Below, piece by piece: positions 44,863-60,650 of a stretch of DNA of 64,000 nt (positions within the stretch are counted from its first letter, which is position 1; every line of letters starts with the position of its first letter). The stretch is from the human T2T-CHM13v2.0 reference genome, Homo sapiens. Made by a program: the position numbers and the translations under genes. The stretch is taken from the NCBI RefSeq assembly GCF_009914755.1, contig NC_060930.1. One strand, given 5' to 3'. The notes beneath the pieces are model-generated. The model saw only the letters and a list, made by a program, of their open reading frames with translations, was not told the DNA's origin and did no database searches.

Positions 44863-45957
44863 ATACTCAGGTTGGAATAATTTCCAAAATGATTGACAAA
44901 GATTGACAAACCAAAGTAGCATCAAATGTATTTGAAGTCTACAAATGGTACCGGTGGGCGGCACAATCTCTCAGCTTCCTGCACTGAACATCTTTGCAGC
45001 TCACTCACAGTCACTTGGCAAAGAGCAAGTCATTTTCTGCATCTCATCCATCACCTCTCTTGTGTCTTGAGACATTCACCACTCTCACTTTCAGAATGAA
45101 GAGCTATCGTCTAGGCAGGACCCTTTCTATGTCATCCACACCCCCTCAGCTTTTCTGAAGCCCAACTTCCTTTGAACCAGCTATGTGTTTGAAGCATGAA
45201 ATCTTCTTTGAAAGTCACTATTTTAGGAAAGCAGGAGGTAAAAAAGAGTCTACTGCCCAAAGCATTCACTTTTCTCCAGATGTGTCTCTTTTCTTAGCGA
45301 CGAGTCCATCTCAAATAAAAGTCCTCTGCACAGCGTTTCCACTCTGCACGTCTCAGGTATCTGCCTTCCTTTCTTTTCACAAAACATCTTCTGAACTTCA
45401 GGTTTTCTCCAGGAAAGATGTTACATTTTCTACATTTCTCTCACTACACATTAAGAATCTCCCTTTAGTCACCACTATGGGTTATAATGGTTTAGAAAGA
45501 ACTGATGTAACATGTACGTGTCAGCAAAAGACCTGGCCTCTTCTCTCTTATTCATGCCAGAATTGTGCCATAAAGGAGTTTAGCTTTCTCAAAATCCAGA
45601 AAGACACATTGGCTGTTGGTCCCTTATGCCTTATGCACACGTGCGCACACACACGTCAAATCTCATGCATTTTCCAGGCTTTCAGAGTCAAATTCCATCC
45701 TCCTGTTTTGGAGAATGTTTCCCTGACTTACCTATCCCTTAGTGGGCTTTCCATCCTCCGATCAAATTACAGCATTTATTATTTACATTCTTTGGCACTT
45801 AACATATACAATAATATTTTCAAGCAAACAATTATTAACTCTTTACATTATAAATTCCTTGGGAATAGGAACTAGACATTGTCTTTTGGCACTCAAGATA
45901 CTGCCTTGCCCTGAACAGACACTGGGGAAGAATAAGTTTAAACATGAAACAATTTTT

Positions 45958-46243
<286 letters not shown>

Positions 46244-47770
46244 AAAACAATTGTTTTTTTAAACTAAAATTTAAAATGCAAATATTCTTATAAATATCGT
46301 GTCCCTTGGAAGTAGTAAACGAATGTTATACTACACTTATTCAAAGATACCTCTAGTACTCAATGCATGCATACTAATCCTCCTGTTTTATTATCTTTAC
46401 AATATTTTTAATTTGCTGAAAAGTAATTGTCAAAAGTTATCACAAACCAGGAATTTTGATAGAGACTGAAGAGTCAAAGCACCAAAATATCAAGAAACCT
46501 ATAAACCACATGAAGAATAAAGACACGTGAAAAGGGAGTAGAAGAGATATGTGCTGTCACTGAGGTGTTAAGCAATTGTTACAGCAGCACAGAACACAAC
46601 CAGTTCTCACCAGGAGGTTCTAGAGGTCAAAGGACAAGTGAGAGCTTTACAGAGAGAGAGAATGGGAAGGGCATTTCGGAGCATGAAGTACACATGGCAA
46701 ACTTGAGGGCAGGCAAGGATGCTGGGGCTAATCTTCATGCTTTGAAAACCAATCTGATTTTTGTGGGGGCAGGGACTTGTCAGATATCTTTGAAAGCCAA
46801 GTCTGATAAACAAAGTAGTAGATAAAATGTTGGCAAAAACCATTTGAGCCCAAGCAGACATCATAAACTGGCTCTCAGGGAGTGTCTAAGATAGAATTTA
46901 TAGATGTGAATGACAGCAATACAAATAATTACTTAGAGTATAAACCCTCTTGTATGCATACAGTTTGATAAGCGTGTTTAAAAATTAGTCTTAACTTCTT
47001 TCAATCCAAACTTTGTATTTACTGTTCAACTAAAGAATGTGTGAAGAGTAGAAATTAATAAAATCCTGATTTCAAGTTATGTTTGAGATTATTGGCCCAA
47101 TTACTGTGAAGAGTCCATGGACAGTTGGAAATGCTTACACATATTGAAATAACAGTGCACCTTTCTCTTAGTTTCAAACTATATATTGCTTGCAACTTAA
47201 AGGCAAAGAAATAAAATCTTTTGAGCTTTTTCAAAGATATTTGTAAGGTATTATCTCATGCTATAGTTGTGGTGATTTTATTATATATTGTCAAAAGAAT
47301 AAGCAAATTATTGTTCAAAACTTGTCAGAAGCTGAATTTATTTCTTTGGATTATTAAATAACTAAATGTTTATGGTAGAAGGTGTGGAAAATACTGGATA
47401 GACCAAAGAAAAAGAATAAAAATCACCATGACTCTACTGCAGTCATTATTTTGGTAAATGTCCCTCCTGGTCATTTTTCTTTTCATTTGTACTTGTTTTT
47501 CAAAATTGCCACCATTAGTAATACATGTTTTAGGTCATAATTATTTTATGTAATAATTGATTATGAATGTTGACTGTGAGAAATTCAAATTTAGCTTCTC
47601 CAAATCAGAAAGAAAAAGAGAAAAATTTTCAAGCTGGCAATGGAGTATCCATTTTTTCAATATTAAGGAATAACCAAAATGCTTCATTAACTATGATGTC
47701 CTACTCGGCAAGTATTCTGTGAGGGCAGCTTATTTGGCAAAGCCCCTGTAGATTTAAAATAACTAGCTCC

Positions 47771-47923
47771 ACCGGCATGGCATATGTATACATATGTAAC
47801 TAACCTGCACATTGTGCACAGGTACCCTAAAACTTAAAGTATAATAATAAAAAATAAATAAATAAATGAACATACAAAAAAAAGAACTAGAACCTTACAA
47901 TTAAAAATAATAATAAAATAATA

Positions 47924-47969
<46 letters not shown>
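47771..47969 (+). mobile_element. Very short young L1PA (PA2/PA3-like) 3' end with extra sequence and a second A-rich tail
   Basis: gtaactaacctgcacattgtgcaca.gtaccctaaaacttaaagtataataa. TSD aactagctcca at 47761-47771 and 47970-47980. Confidence 0.92.
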
Positions 47970-47970
<1 letters not shown>

Positions 47971-48549
47971 ACTAGCTCCAAATGGATCACTTGTTTTACT
48001 TCCTAAAGACAAAAGATTTCTACTTTTAATGGCACGCGGATTTAATTTCTTCCACACTGCCTTGCGCTGGGATGCCATCCAGTAGAATGACCATAACAAC
48101 CATCAGCTCACATTTGGCCTTTGTTGAGATAAGTCCTGTTTTGTAGCTCAAAGGTAATTTTCCCTGTAAATTCAATTTTATATCATTGGAATAAAAACAA
48201 GTGAATAAATATTAAAGCATTTAATGGAAAAAAATAATTTTCATGGAATTAGATAACACTTGAAGAATTTTCAACAGAGAAAAAAATCAGAAATAAAGTT
48301 TAAACTCACTGAATGGAGACAAGAAAATTAACTGACATACTGTATAAAGTACACTGATTGTTAAATAACCAAATATTTATGTTAGAAGGTGTGGAAAAAT
48401 ACTGAAAATCTGAAAGAAAAGCAATAAAAACCAGCCATGGCTCTATTATAGCCACTATTTTGGAAAATATCCCTCCTACTCTGACATGTCTGAGATCCAT
48501 CCAAGTTATTACATGAGATAAAATCCACTTTTCATTATTTGTTTAGTGT

Positions 48550-48770
48550 GTATTTTTCAAATTCCAGATTATGACCCTTTAGATTTCAGATTGTAAAATT
48601 GATTTAGTGTATCACAACTAGCATTTTACAATTTGAAATAGAAGAGAATAGAATTGAAAATATGAGTAAGCATAGGGTCTAAAACTTTTATTTCGGATGT
48701 ATACATCAGTGGGGAGGTAGGTCCTGAGGAGGTCTGTAGGTCACGATTTTAAACACTTGAAAATCCCTGC
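48550..48770. mobile_element. hAT-Charlie MITE (MER112-like)
   Basis: gatttagtgtatcacaactagcatttt...aatagaagagaatagaa...ttgaaaatccctg. Confidence 0.5.
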
Positions 48771-49053
48771 TCAGAGCAGAATATTTCAAGTGTCATCCTA
48801 ATCGTGGACTTGGAAAGATTACAGCTAAATGGGGGCTATTGATTCCATCAGCTCTCAAGGTGAACAACCAGGGCATGAGTTGTGGGAGCCCCTAGACCAA
48901 ACTTCTGCAGCAGTGGGAGGTCTTGCCTGGGGCTGCTCAGAAGACATCCTGAAGATAGGGGCATCTGACGGTGCTAAGCTGGTGCCCATAGCCAGCACTC
49001 ACAATGAGGGCATCTAACACGTGCTGCTCGCTCCACAATGTTCTGATTCTGGC

Positions 49054-49447
49054 TGACTTAGTCTATTTGTACTACTGTGATAAAAATGTATGAAACTGGG
49101 AAATTTATAACAAACAAAAATTTGTCTCTCATGATTCTGGAGGCTGGGAAGCCCAAGATCAAGGCTCTGGCAAGATGATATTAGTGGAGGGCTGCACTCT
49201 GCTTCGAAGATGGGGCCTATTGCTGCATCTTCCAGAGAGAAGGGATGCTGTGTCCTCACATGGCTTAAGGGACAGAGAAGGTGCTCCCTTCAATCTCACA
49301 CTTTTTGAAGGGTGCTAATTCCACTAATGAGGGCAGAGCCCTAACGATTTAATCACCACCTAAAGGCCATGTCTCTTAATACTGTTGCATCAGGGATTAA
49401 GCTTTAACATAATTTTTGGAAGGGACTCCATCATTTAAACGATAGCA
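49054..49447 (-). mobile_element. MST-type (MSTC/D-like) MaLR solo LTR
   Basis: ttctggaggctgggaagcccaagatcaagg...atagca. Perfect 5-bp TSD ctggc. Confidence 0.9.
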
Positions 49448-51067
49448 CTGGCCAAGATGACCATGTGAACATGCAGTTCGGCAGCCAGCTGAGATCACAC
49501 TGCTGCCACTGTGGACACGGAGCCATGAAGGAGTTAATTTTCCAGGTTCTTGAGGATCAGAAAACATGGCTTAGGTAAGTGGGAAATAAAGGCAGGCTCT
49601 CCCTGCAGGTCCAGGAAGGAGCCCCAAATCTCTGTGTTCACATACACTAATCATATCTATCCTTTTGCAATGGGTATGACCTTTTAGTGACATCCAAGCC
49701 AGCTCTAAAGTGACTGCTTTAACAATCACATGGATTTTCTGCAAATTAAGTTTGATCTTTATTTTGAAAAACTTGATATAAAAATACTGTGATAAAATTC
49801 ACAATCCATTCACATTATCACAAGAAATTTCATCATTATATTTATTAATGAAATAGAAAGAATTTTGGACTCAACATATGTTGAACATTATACATTTTTG
49901 AATAACTGTAAGAGGAGCTTTAAATTTTATATCACCTACTTGTGCAAAAAAAATTCTTATACATGATAACTCTTAAGAATTGAAAAAGATTATTATTAAA
50001 GAGTCTCAGTCAGTAGTTTCCTTAGCCATTTCAAATACAGAACCTGATATGAAATGGTAATGTTCACATAAGCAAGCTCAAATGTATCACTAAAAATTTT
50101 GAGTGGAAATTATATGCAAATTCAATTTGGAAAATTTTATCCAAATTCAATAACTGTGATTTTGTTTCTATTCCATAATAAAATATGACATAAAGGAAGT
50201 ATAATGACGTTTCTTAATCAAACCCCCATTAAACATCAGATCCCTTCCAGTTTACCCTGGTATGCAGTACTCTATATGCCATGATAAAAATAATTCATAG
50301 AAATTGGCATCAGCTAACAAAACAATAATTGGAATAAGTCATTTTTGCCCAGCCTCTGCGACTCTTTCTATCATGTTGAAGACCAGTGCTGGTTGATTTG
50401 AACAAGGCTTGGAATTTATCACTGATACATGTGTAGATACTGTTTGGGGAAGAATATAAAATTAAAAGGAGCAAGGCTTTCATAAAGAATTGCAAATGAT
50501 TGTTGTCACCACCCTTTCAATGCAGTGGTAATAATGATTTCTGCAGCTTACTCAGGATAAATTTTATGACATGGTTCTGCAATTGATGTGGCTCAGCTGG
50601 TGGATCCATTAGAGACACTAGACAAGGTACAGTTATCTCTAATCAGAGTAGCTACAATACCTGAAGAGATCCTTTACTGGAGATTTTATGAATAAAATAA
50701 AAGTGTCCATTGAGAAAGACAGGTCTTTTATGTTCATTTTACTTTAGAAATACCTCAAGCAGTGTTGTAGAGCACAGTCTGAATATGCTTTACAGCTGGA
50801 TTTGGTAGATATTCACAGCCCATTTACTTAAAGGAATGGCCTCTGATGCAATCCATTTTCCATTCTCTTCTTGCAGGACCTTCTCATCTTCTTCTGTGCT
50901 ATGTCAGTCTTACACTGTGTTTTCATCACTTGATTTGGGCCCTTTATATTTGACAGTCTGTCTTATTTGCTAGTGTAATAGTTTAGAGTTCCCTTTGTGA
51001 GAACAGAGACTGACCACAGACATGGGATTTCAAAATAAGGCTTTTTATGTATAAGAACCACATTGCA

Positions 51068-51371
<304 letters not shown>

Positions 51372-53507
51372 AAGAACCACATTGCAGGTGAGAAGGAGCA
51401 GATGGCTATGAGCCAGAGGCTGGGACCCACTCCCTTGCTGTATCAAAATAGCAAGATTTCTTTTATACATAAGTATAACTCAAGCCCTCCCCGCTAAAAA
51501 TTGCTTTGTGGTCAGCCTGAGAAATGAGATTGTGTAGTCATAGTGATCAAGCTCTATAAAGGCTATTTGAAAAGGCTACTGATGACATATATTTGAAAGA
51601 AGTTGCAGTCTGTATCCAATAAATGGTATACATCTCTAAAGTTGCCACAGTGTTATCTTGAGGAGTGAAAACATTGCAGATACAGAAAGAACCCACAATG
51701 TTTGTTCACAGGAGTAAAACACGGAGGTTCTCTTTGTTGGTTGAGGTTTTAACTTTTATAATATGTGACTAGAATTTTTGTCGAGACTACTTTTCTCTTC
51801 TATACCAAGACAATATTGATTGATGTATATAGAGATTTATTCTTTCCCACATGCTATGCAAAGTAGGCTACCTGCTGTTCAACTGAAAGTGGTTTCTCTC
51901 TAATTTTATATCCATGTTCTTTTTTATCAATCATGTTCTGCATATTCAGAACATAAGCTCCATGAAAAGGAACTGTCTCATCTAGTCCATCAGGTAATAT
52001 TAGGTGCACAATAAACATTTATGAATACACAAATTAAAGGAAAGGCATATATCATCCAAAAAAAGAATACCCCTCTTTACTGGCATCCAACATGAAAATT
52101 AATTCTCCCATCACCAGCACCATAATTTGGCAGAACACAAAAACTTTAATATTTCCTGTGTAACTCCAAGAAACATCAATCTGCCATAGCTCTAGAGGTG
52201 TTTCTGATTACTCTGTTCACACCTATTACAGTGTAAGCATTATGACAAAAAGTATTATTGTCATAGAATCAACCAAAACCTATGGTAGCAGATGACAGAA
52301 AGGGAGGAAATAGGTTCTGTCTTTTATTTCACCTTCATTGCACACTCTGGATTCCCAATCAGTCCTCCGCACTGACTAGAGTTCTGGGTAAACAACTACA
52401 CACTAGGTTCCAAAAAAATCAGTATCATTTGAAACTATTTGATCTCAGTTTTTCTTGACTAAGAGAAACACATCATAAGCCTCCTGAGGTCAGTGACCAT
52501 GACTTCTTTTTTTTTTTTTTAGTTTTCCCCAACCCCATTAGTACCTAATACAATGTAGATAAAGAAAGGTCACTCAAAAATAGATGACAGACTCAGAATA
52601 TAAGTTTTTTTAAAAAAAGAAGTACAGGAAACAAATAACAGTTCAATCACTAGTGAATTCCAGAAGGCGGTCCTTGCAGTTATGAAGAGAGGAGAAAGGC
52701 AGCCCCTGTCCTCTCAGGAGGCCCACAGACTAGAGATGCTTCAAAGCAAACTCTGTCTTTCATATAATAGCTTTTAAAGAAGATAAAAGTAGCCCCTCGC
52801 TTCCTGCTCTTTATACCTTTTTACACTATTTTGGAAATAGCACAGGAAGTGACTCGCAGCTGAAAAGCCATTTGTAGCATCACTGAGCCACTAATGGCCA
52901 CTCACTCCCAGCAGGCTCATTTGTGAAAATATGACTGCAGGTTTAACCTAGTGAGCTTCATGCTTCTAACAACATCCAACAGTCCATAGGTGATTTTGAA
53001 TATACCCCAGGTTCCAAGTGGATCATGGAACTAAATCATCTCTTATTCTAGCTTGCTCATTTTGAACCAACTCATTTTACAGTGTGGTTAGCATAGCCTT
53101 TTCAGTTAAGGATGATTGCTCAAAGCACTTAGGGCAATGTTGTCTTAGCACAGCATCCAGAGTGAGGCAGTTGACACAAATTGCATCTCATGCTCCTTGA
53201 GATTTAATGCTCTTACTGCCAGGAGAATATTTTTGCAATGGTTACTGATGTATAACAAAATAAAACATGCATCAAAATCAAACCCCCAATCAACATTCCT
53301 ATCTAATCCAAGATTCCAATTATATCGCCTTTCTAGTAACCAAGAAGACAATAAAAAAACTATATTTCCTAATATCAAAAGCCTTTGATATGGTAAGAAT
53401 ATAGGGGAAAACATTCTTTCTATGGTAAAAGTTCTTTGGTTCTCAAATGAATAAATTGACATTTTAAAGATTTCATACCAAAAATGCTATTCATTCACTT
53501 TTTACTT

Positions 53508-55439
<1,932 letters not shown>

Positions 55440-56917
55440 TAAACTTAAACGTTTATTGCAGAGTTCAAAAAATTACAATAATGTATTTATTCTCTCTATT
55501 CTATATTGAAGTAAAAAAGAAAACATAGGAAAGAAAGTCACTCTACATATGGAGGATACACCAGGTATCTTATAAAACAATCTTTGTGTAACAATACACA
55601 CCACTTTCATTTCCTAGAAGCATATTGTGCTGGCAGTCATAAATTTTAAACTGCCCAGTTAGATTTTATACCAAGCAATACAATTTAGCCTTCTGTGGAT
55701 CCATGAACTCTTTGATTCACCATTCATTAGATGGTCCCACAAATCATCACATACAAGATAACATGCACAGTGTGCATATTTTCCTATTAATTACTTATCC
55801 AGTGCTAACATAATTAAGTACTGGCCCTATTACATTGGCTCCTTATTTTAATTACAGTTCTACATCCTGTAATAATGTTAAAGAAAGCCTTTTTGAGCTC
55901 ACCTGGTTTCATAATCAGAATTTTCTATTCCATTTCTATGATTTTCATTTTAATTGGCCTGATCTTTACAGGTCTAATATTAGACTTAGCTATAATCAGG
56001 TATGGATCTGGTTGGAGGGTGTTTATTCTCCTCTCATCCCACTTATTCACTGTTTGTTCAAAAAGATGCCTGGGAAGGACTCAAATAAAAGCAGATGCAA
56101 ATAAGGATAAACAGACTGGATTTGTTTGCATGAAATTTCAGCTTCAGTGTGTTGGTCATTTGTTCTTTGTAGTCATTTAATTGCACTGTTGAATGTAACA
56201 TATAGTCTTCTAAAATTTGATAAGTGGACCAGGAAGTCAGTACCTTCAAACAGCTTTGGTCTTTCTGTGAAGTCTGAAGTCTATGGTTACAATTATCATG
56301 GCTTCTGTGTACCAATGGTCATTGTATTAACCAGAAGTGAACATCAGAGAAGGCACAAAAAGAAAAATATGCCACTAGAAAAGGAAATTATTCTAATCTC
56401 CAAACTATAATTTTGGTATACCTCTTTTTATTTACTTCTTATAGAAAAAAAGAGCCTCCACAAACTTTTAGATGAGTAGGCTATAAATTGTTCAGGGAGT
56501 CTGTTCTGCTGGGATAACCTCTCCAAATTTGAGAAACTACTAAGTTTTACCTAAATCAGTGAAGTTTTTGAAGTAACCAAAGCATATAAACACTCTCCTG
56601 AAAAGTTAAATGTTTCTAATTCGAACTTCAGATTTAAAAAGAATATACTAGCCAGAGTAATCAGACAAGAGAAAGAATTAAAGGGCATCCAGATTAGTAA
56701 AGAGGAAGTCAAACTGTTGCAGTTCATCAACGATATGACCATATACCTAGAAAACTCTAAAGACTCATCCAAAAAGCTCCTAGATCTGATAAATGAATTC
56801 CATAAGGTTTCAGGATACAAGATCCATGTATGCAAATTAGTAGCACTGCTATACATCAACATTGACCAAGCTGGGAGTCAAATCAAGAATTCAATCCCTT
56901 TTACAACGACTGTGAAA

Positions 56918-56960
<43 letters not shown>

Positions 56961-58045
56961 AATACTTAGGAATATACATAACCAAGGAAGTGGAGATCTC
57001 TACAAGAAAAACTACAAAACATTGCTGAGGGAAATCATAGATGATACAAACAAATAGAAACACATCTCATGCTCATGGATGGGCAGAATCAATATTGTGA
57101 AAATGGCCATACTGACAAAAGTAATCTACAGATTCAATGCAAATGCAATTCCCACCAAAATATCATCATCATTCTTCACAAAACTAGAAAAAACAATCCT
57201 AAAATTCACATGGAACCAAAAAAGAGCCCACATAGCCAAAGCAAGAGTAAGCAAAAGGAAGAAATCTGGAGGCATCACATTACGTGACTTCAAACTATAC
57301 CACAAGGCTATAGTTACCAAAACAGCATCGTACTGGTATAAAAATAGGCATGTAGACCAATGGAACAGAATAGAGAACCCAGAAATAAAGCCAAATAGTT
57401 ACAGCCAACTATCTTCGACAAAGTAAGAAAAGTATGAAGTGGGGAAAGGACACCCTATTCAACAATTGACCCTGGGATAACTGGCAAGCCACATGGAGAA
57501 GAATGAAACTGGATCCTCATCTCTCACCTTATATAAAAATCAACTCAAGATGGACCAAAGAATTAAATCTAAGACCTAAATCTATAAAAAGTCTAGAAGA
57601 CAATATCAAAAAAAATTATTCTAGATGTTGGCTTAGGCAAAGAATTCATGTCCAAAAACCCAAAAGCAAATGGGACAAAACCAAAAATAAATAGATGGGA
57701 CCTAATTAAACTAAAAAGTTTCTGCAGAGCAAAAGAAATAATCAGCAGAGTAAATAGGTGACCCACAGCGTGGGCAAAAAATACTCATGAATTATGCATC
57801 TGACAAAGATCTAATATCCAGAATCCATAAGGAACTCAAACAAATCAGCAAGCAAAAAACAATCCCATCAAAAAGTGGGCAAAGGACATGAATAGACAAT
57901 TCTCAAAAGAAGATATACAAATGGCTAAGAATCATATGAAAAAAAATGCTCAACATCAGTAATTATCAGAAAAATGCAAATTAAAACCACATTGAGATAT
58001 CATCCTACTCCTGCAAGAATGGCCATGATTTAAAAATGCAAAAAT

Positions 58046-58146
58046 AGTGAGCCAAGATCGCGCCACTGCACTCCAGCCTGGGCAACAGAGTAAGACTCTG
58101 TCTCAAAAAATAAAAATAAAAATAAAAAAATAAAAAATAAAAAAAA
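58046..58146 (+). mobile_element. Severely 5'-truncated Alu (last ~60 nt plus tail) inside L1PB
   Basis: gtgagccaagatcgcgccactgcactccagcctgggcaacagag followed by an A-rich tail. Confidence 0.9.
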
Positions 58147-58426
58147 CAGATGTTGGCAAAGATGTGGTGAAAAGGGAACACTATTCCACTGCTGGTGGGA
58201 ATGTAAACTAGTACAACCACTATAGAAAACAATATGGATATTTCTTAAAGAACTAAAAGTATAACTACCATTTGATCCAGCAATCCCAGTACTGGGTATC
58301 TACCCAGAGGAAAAGAAGTCATTATATAAAGATGACACTGCACATGCATGTTTATAGCAGCACAATTTGCAATATATATTTGCAAAATATATATTGCAAA
58401 TATATATATTACATATATATTGCATG

Positions 58427-58462
<36 letters not shown>

Positions 58463-58764
58463 ATGGAATACTACTCAGCCATAAAAACGAATGAAATAAT
58501 GGCATTTACAGCAACCTGGATGGAACTGGAGACAATCGTTCTAAGTGAAGTAAATCAGAAATGGAAAAACAAATATCATACGCTCTAACTTATAAGTAGA
58601 AGCTAAGGTATGAGGATGCAAAGGCCTAAGAATGATATAATGGACTTTGGAGACATGGGGGAAAGGGTGGGAGGGGGGTGAGGAATAAAGGACTACACAT
58701 TGAGTACCATGTACACCACTTGGGTGACAGGTGCACCAAAATCTCAGAAATCACCACTAAGCAA

Positions 58765-59062
58765 ACAAAGCAAACAAAAGTATGAAGTGGGGAAAGGACA
58801 CCCTATTCAACAATTGACCCTGGGATAATTGGCAAGCCACATGGAGAAGAATGAAACTGGATCCTCATCTCTCACCTTATATAAAAATAAACTCAAGATG
58901 GACTAAAGAATTAAATCTAAGACCTAAAACTATAAAAAGTCTAGAAGACAACATCAAAAAAACTCTTCTAGATGTTGGCTTAGGCAAAGAATTTGTGTCC
59001 AAAAACCCAAAAGCAAATGCAAAAAAAAGCAAAAATAAACAGATGGGACCTAATTAAACTAA
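58765..59062 (+). repeat. Direct duplicate of 57418-57714
   Basis: Near-identical ~300 bp. Twin ORFs [26 protein letters not shown] at 57503 and 58851. Confidence 0.93.
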
Positions 59063-59403
59063 TATGGTTTAAACTATTTATGGTTATCCATATAACCAAA
59101 AACCACCTGTTCCCCAAAAACTACTGAAACAAAACAAAAAATAATTTTAAAAATTAAAATAAAATAAAAGGAATATATAGCAATGTTTTTAAAAAGACAA
59201 TGGGTGAATAAATCTAAAAAATATTTAGAAATTAATATTTTTTGTATTAAGTAAATATTTAAGGGTAATTCCAGTATAATTCTGATATTTTTTAAAATAT
59301 TGTTTTTAATCTCTCAAAAGAAGTAATGTTTTCAAAATTTAAAAAGTAAAAAATAACTTAGAGAAGAATAATATAGTCAGGATTATTTACGTGAGACTGT
59401 GTG

Positions 59404-59763
59404 TGTATTAGTCTGTGTTCATGCTGCTGATAAAGACATACCCAAGACTGGGAAGAAAAAGAGGTTTAATGGACTTACAGTTTCACATGGCGGGGGAGGC
59501 CTCACAACATGGCAGAAGGAAAGGAGGAGCAAGTCACGTCTTACATGGATGGTGACAGGCAAAGAGAGAGCTTGTGCAGGGAAACTACCATTTTTAAAAC
59601 CATCAGATCTCATGAGACTTATTCACTATCACGAGAACAGCCCAGGAAATATCTGCCCCCATGGTTCAATTACCTCCAACTGGGTTCCTCCCACAACACG
59701 TAGGAATTGTGGGAGTTACAATTCAAGATGAGATTTGGGTAGGGACACAGCCAAACCATATCA
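59404..59763 (-). mobile_element. THE1A/B MaLR solo LTR
   Basis: tgtattagtctgtgttcatgctgctgataaagacatacccaagactggg...gacacagccaaaccatatca. Perfect TSD gtgtg. Confidence 0.95.
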
Positions 59764-59809
59764 GTGTGGAACTAAAAACTTAATGTAAATAATCAAGAAT
59801 ATCTAGTGA

Positions 59810-60650
59810 TGGCTAAATAAAGGGTATATATACATGTTAAACATAGGTGAACCTTGAAAACATTATGCTTTGTGAAAGAAGTCAGTAACAAAAGAGCACA
59901 TACTATATGATTCCATTTACAGCTGACCAACACAGGTTTGAACTCATAGACAGGTTATTTTTAATAAAAGTTACAACAAATGTACCTGTCCCTCCTGCTT
60001 CCCCTTCCCCCTCCTCCACCTCTGCCACCCCTGAGACAGCAAGACCAACCCCTTGTCTTCGCCTCCTCCTCAGCCTACTCAAGGTGAAGACAATGTGGAT
60101 GAAGACCTTTCTGACGATTCACTTCCACCTAATGAACAGTAATGATATTTTCCCTTGTTTATCTTAATAACATTTTCTTTTTTCTAGCTTGCTTTATTGT
60201 AAGAACATATTATATAATAATGTAACATACAAATATGTTTATGTTATCAGTAGAGCTTCCGGTCAACAGTAGGCTATTAGTACTTAAGTTTTGGGTGAGT
60301 CAAAAGTTATATACAGATTTTCAACTGCATAGGAGATTGACACCCATAACCTCCACATTGCTCAAGAATCAACCACATATGAAATATTCAGATTAGGCAA
60401 ATCCACAGACACGGAAAGTAAATTAGTGTTGCCAGGGGCTGAGCCAGGAGCAGGGGCTTCAGGGGTAGAAGCAATGTGGGGAGAACAGGGAATAACCTGG
60501 GTAGGGGGTTTCTTTTTAGGATGTTGAGAATGTTCTACAATTGATTGTGATAATTATTGCCTAATTCAGCAAATTTACTAAAAGCCGTTGAATTGTACAT
60601 TTTAAATGTTGAATTGTAAAGTATGTGAATTACACAACAATAAAGCTATC
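59810..60650 (+). mobile_element. L1M 3' end split by a Tigger2 derivative
   Basis: gaaccttgaaaacattatgc...tatgattccattta | tatgaaatattcagattaggcaaatccacagacacggaaag...aataaagct. Confidence 0.75.
59920..60375. mobile_element. Tigger2a/MER28-like non-autonomous DNA transposon
   Basis: ta-cagctgacc...gccacccctgagacagcaagaccaacccct...cagcctactcaa...ggtcaacagtaggctattag...tcaacca. Confidence 0.85.

Larger units (their letters stand above)
56648..59165 (+). mobile_element. L1PB-type 3' portion with internal (TAAA)n and (CA)n tracts, an Alu fragment and a self-derived insertion
   Basis: ORF2 relics ([22 protein letters not shown]) and L1PB 3' UTR ggtgcaccaaaatctcagaaatcaccactaa. TSD-like aaaa(a/g)gaatata. 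Confidence 0.93.

Noticed and set aside
45183-45875. Longest ORF in the window (230 aa)
   Set aside because: No recognisable domain, composition typical of translated non-coding DNA, and no exon or promoter context.
49541-49580. 29-nt micro-exon between ttttccag and gtaagt
   Set aside because: Weak pyrimidine tract and within chance expectation.
58657-58678. G-rich quadruplex-like tract
   Set aside because: Standard feature of L1 3' UTRs and not specific to this locus.
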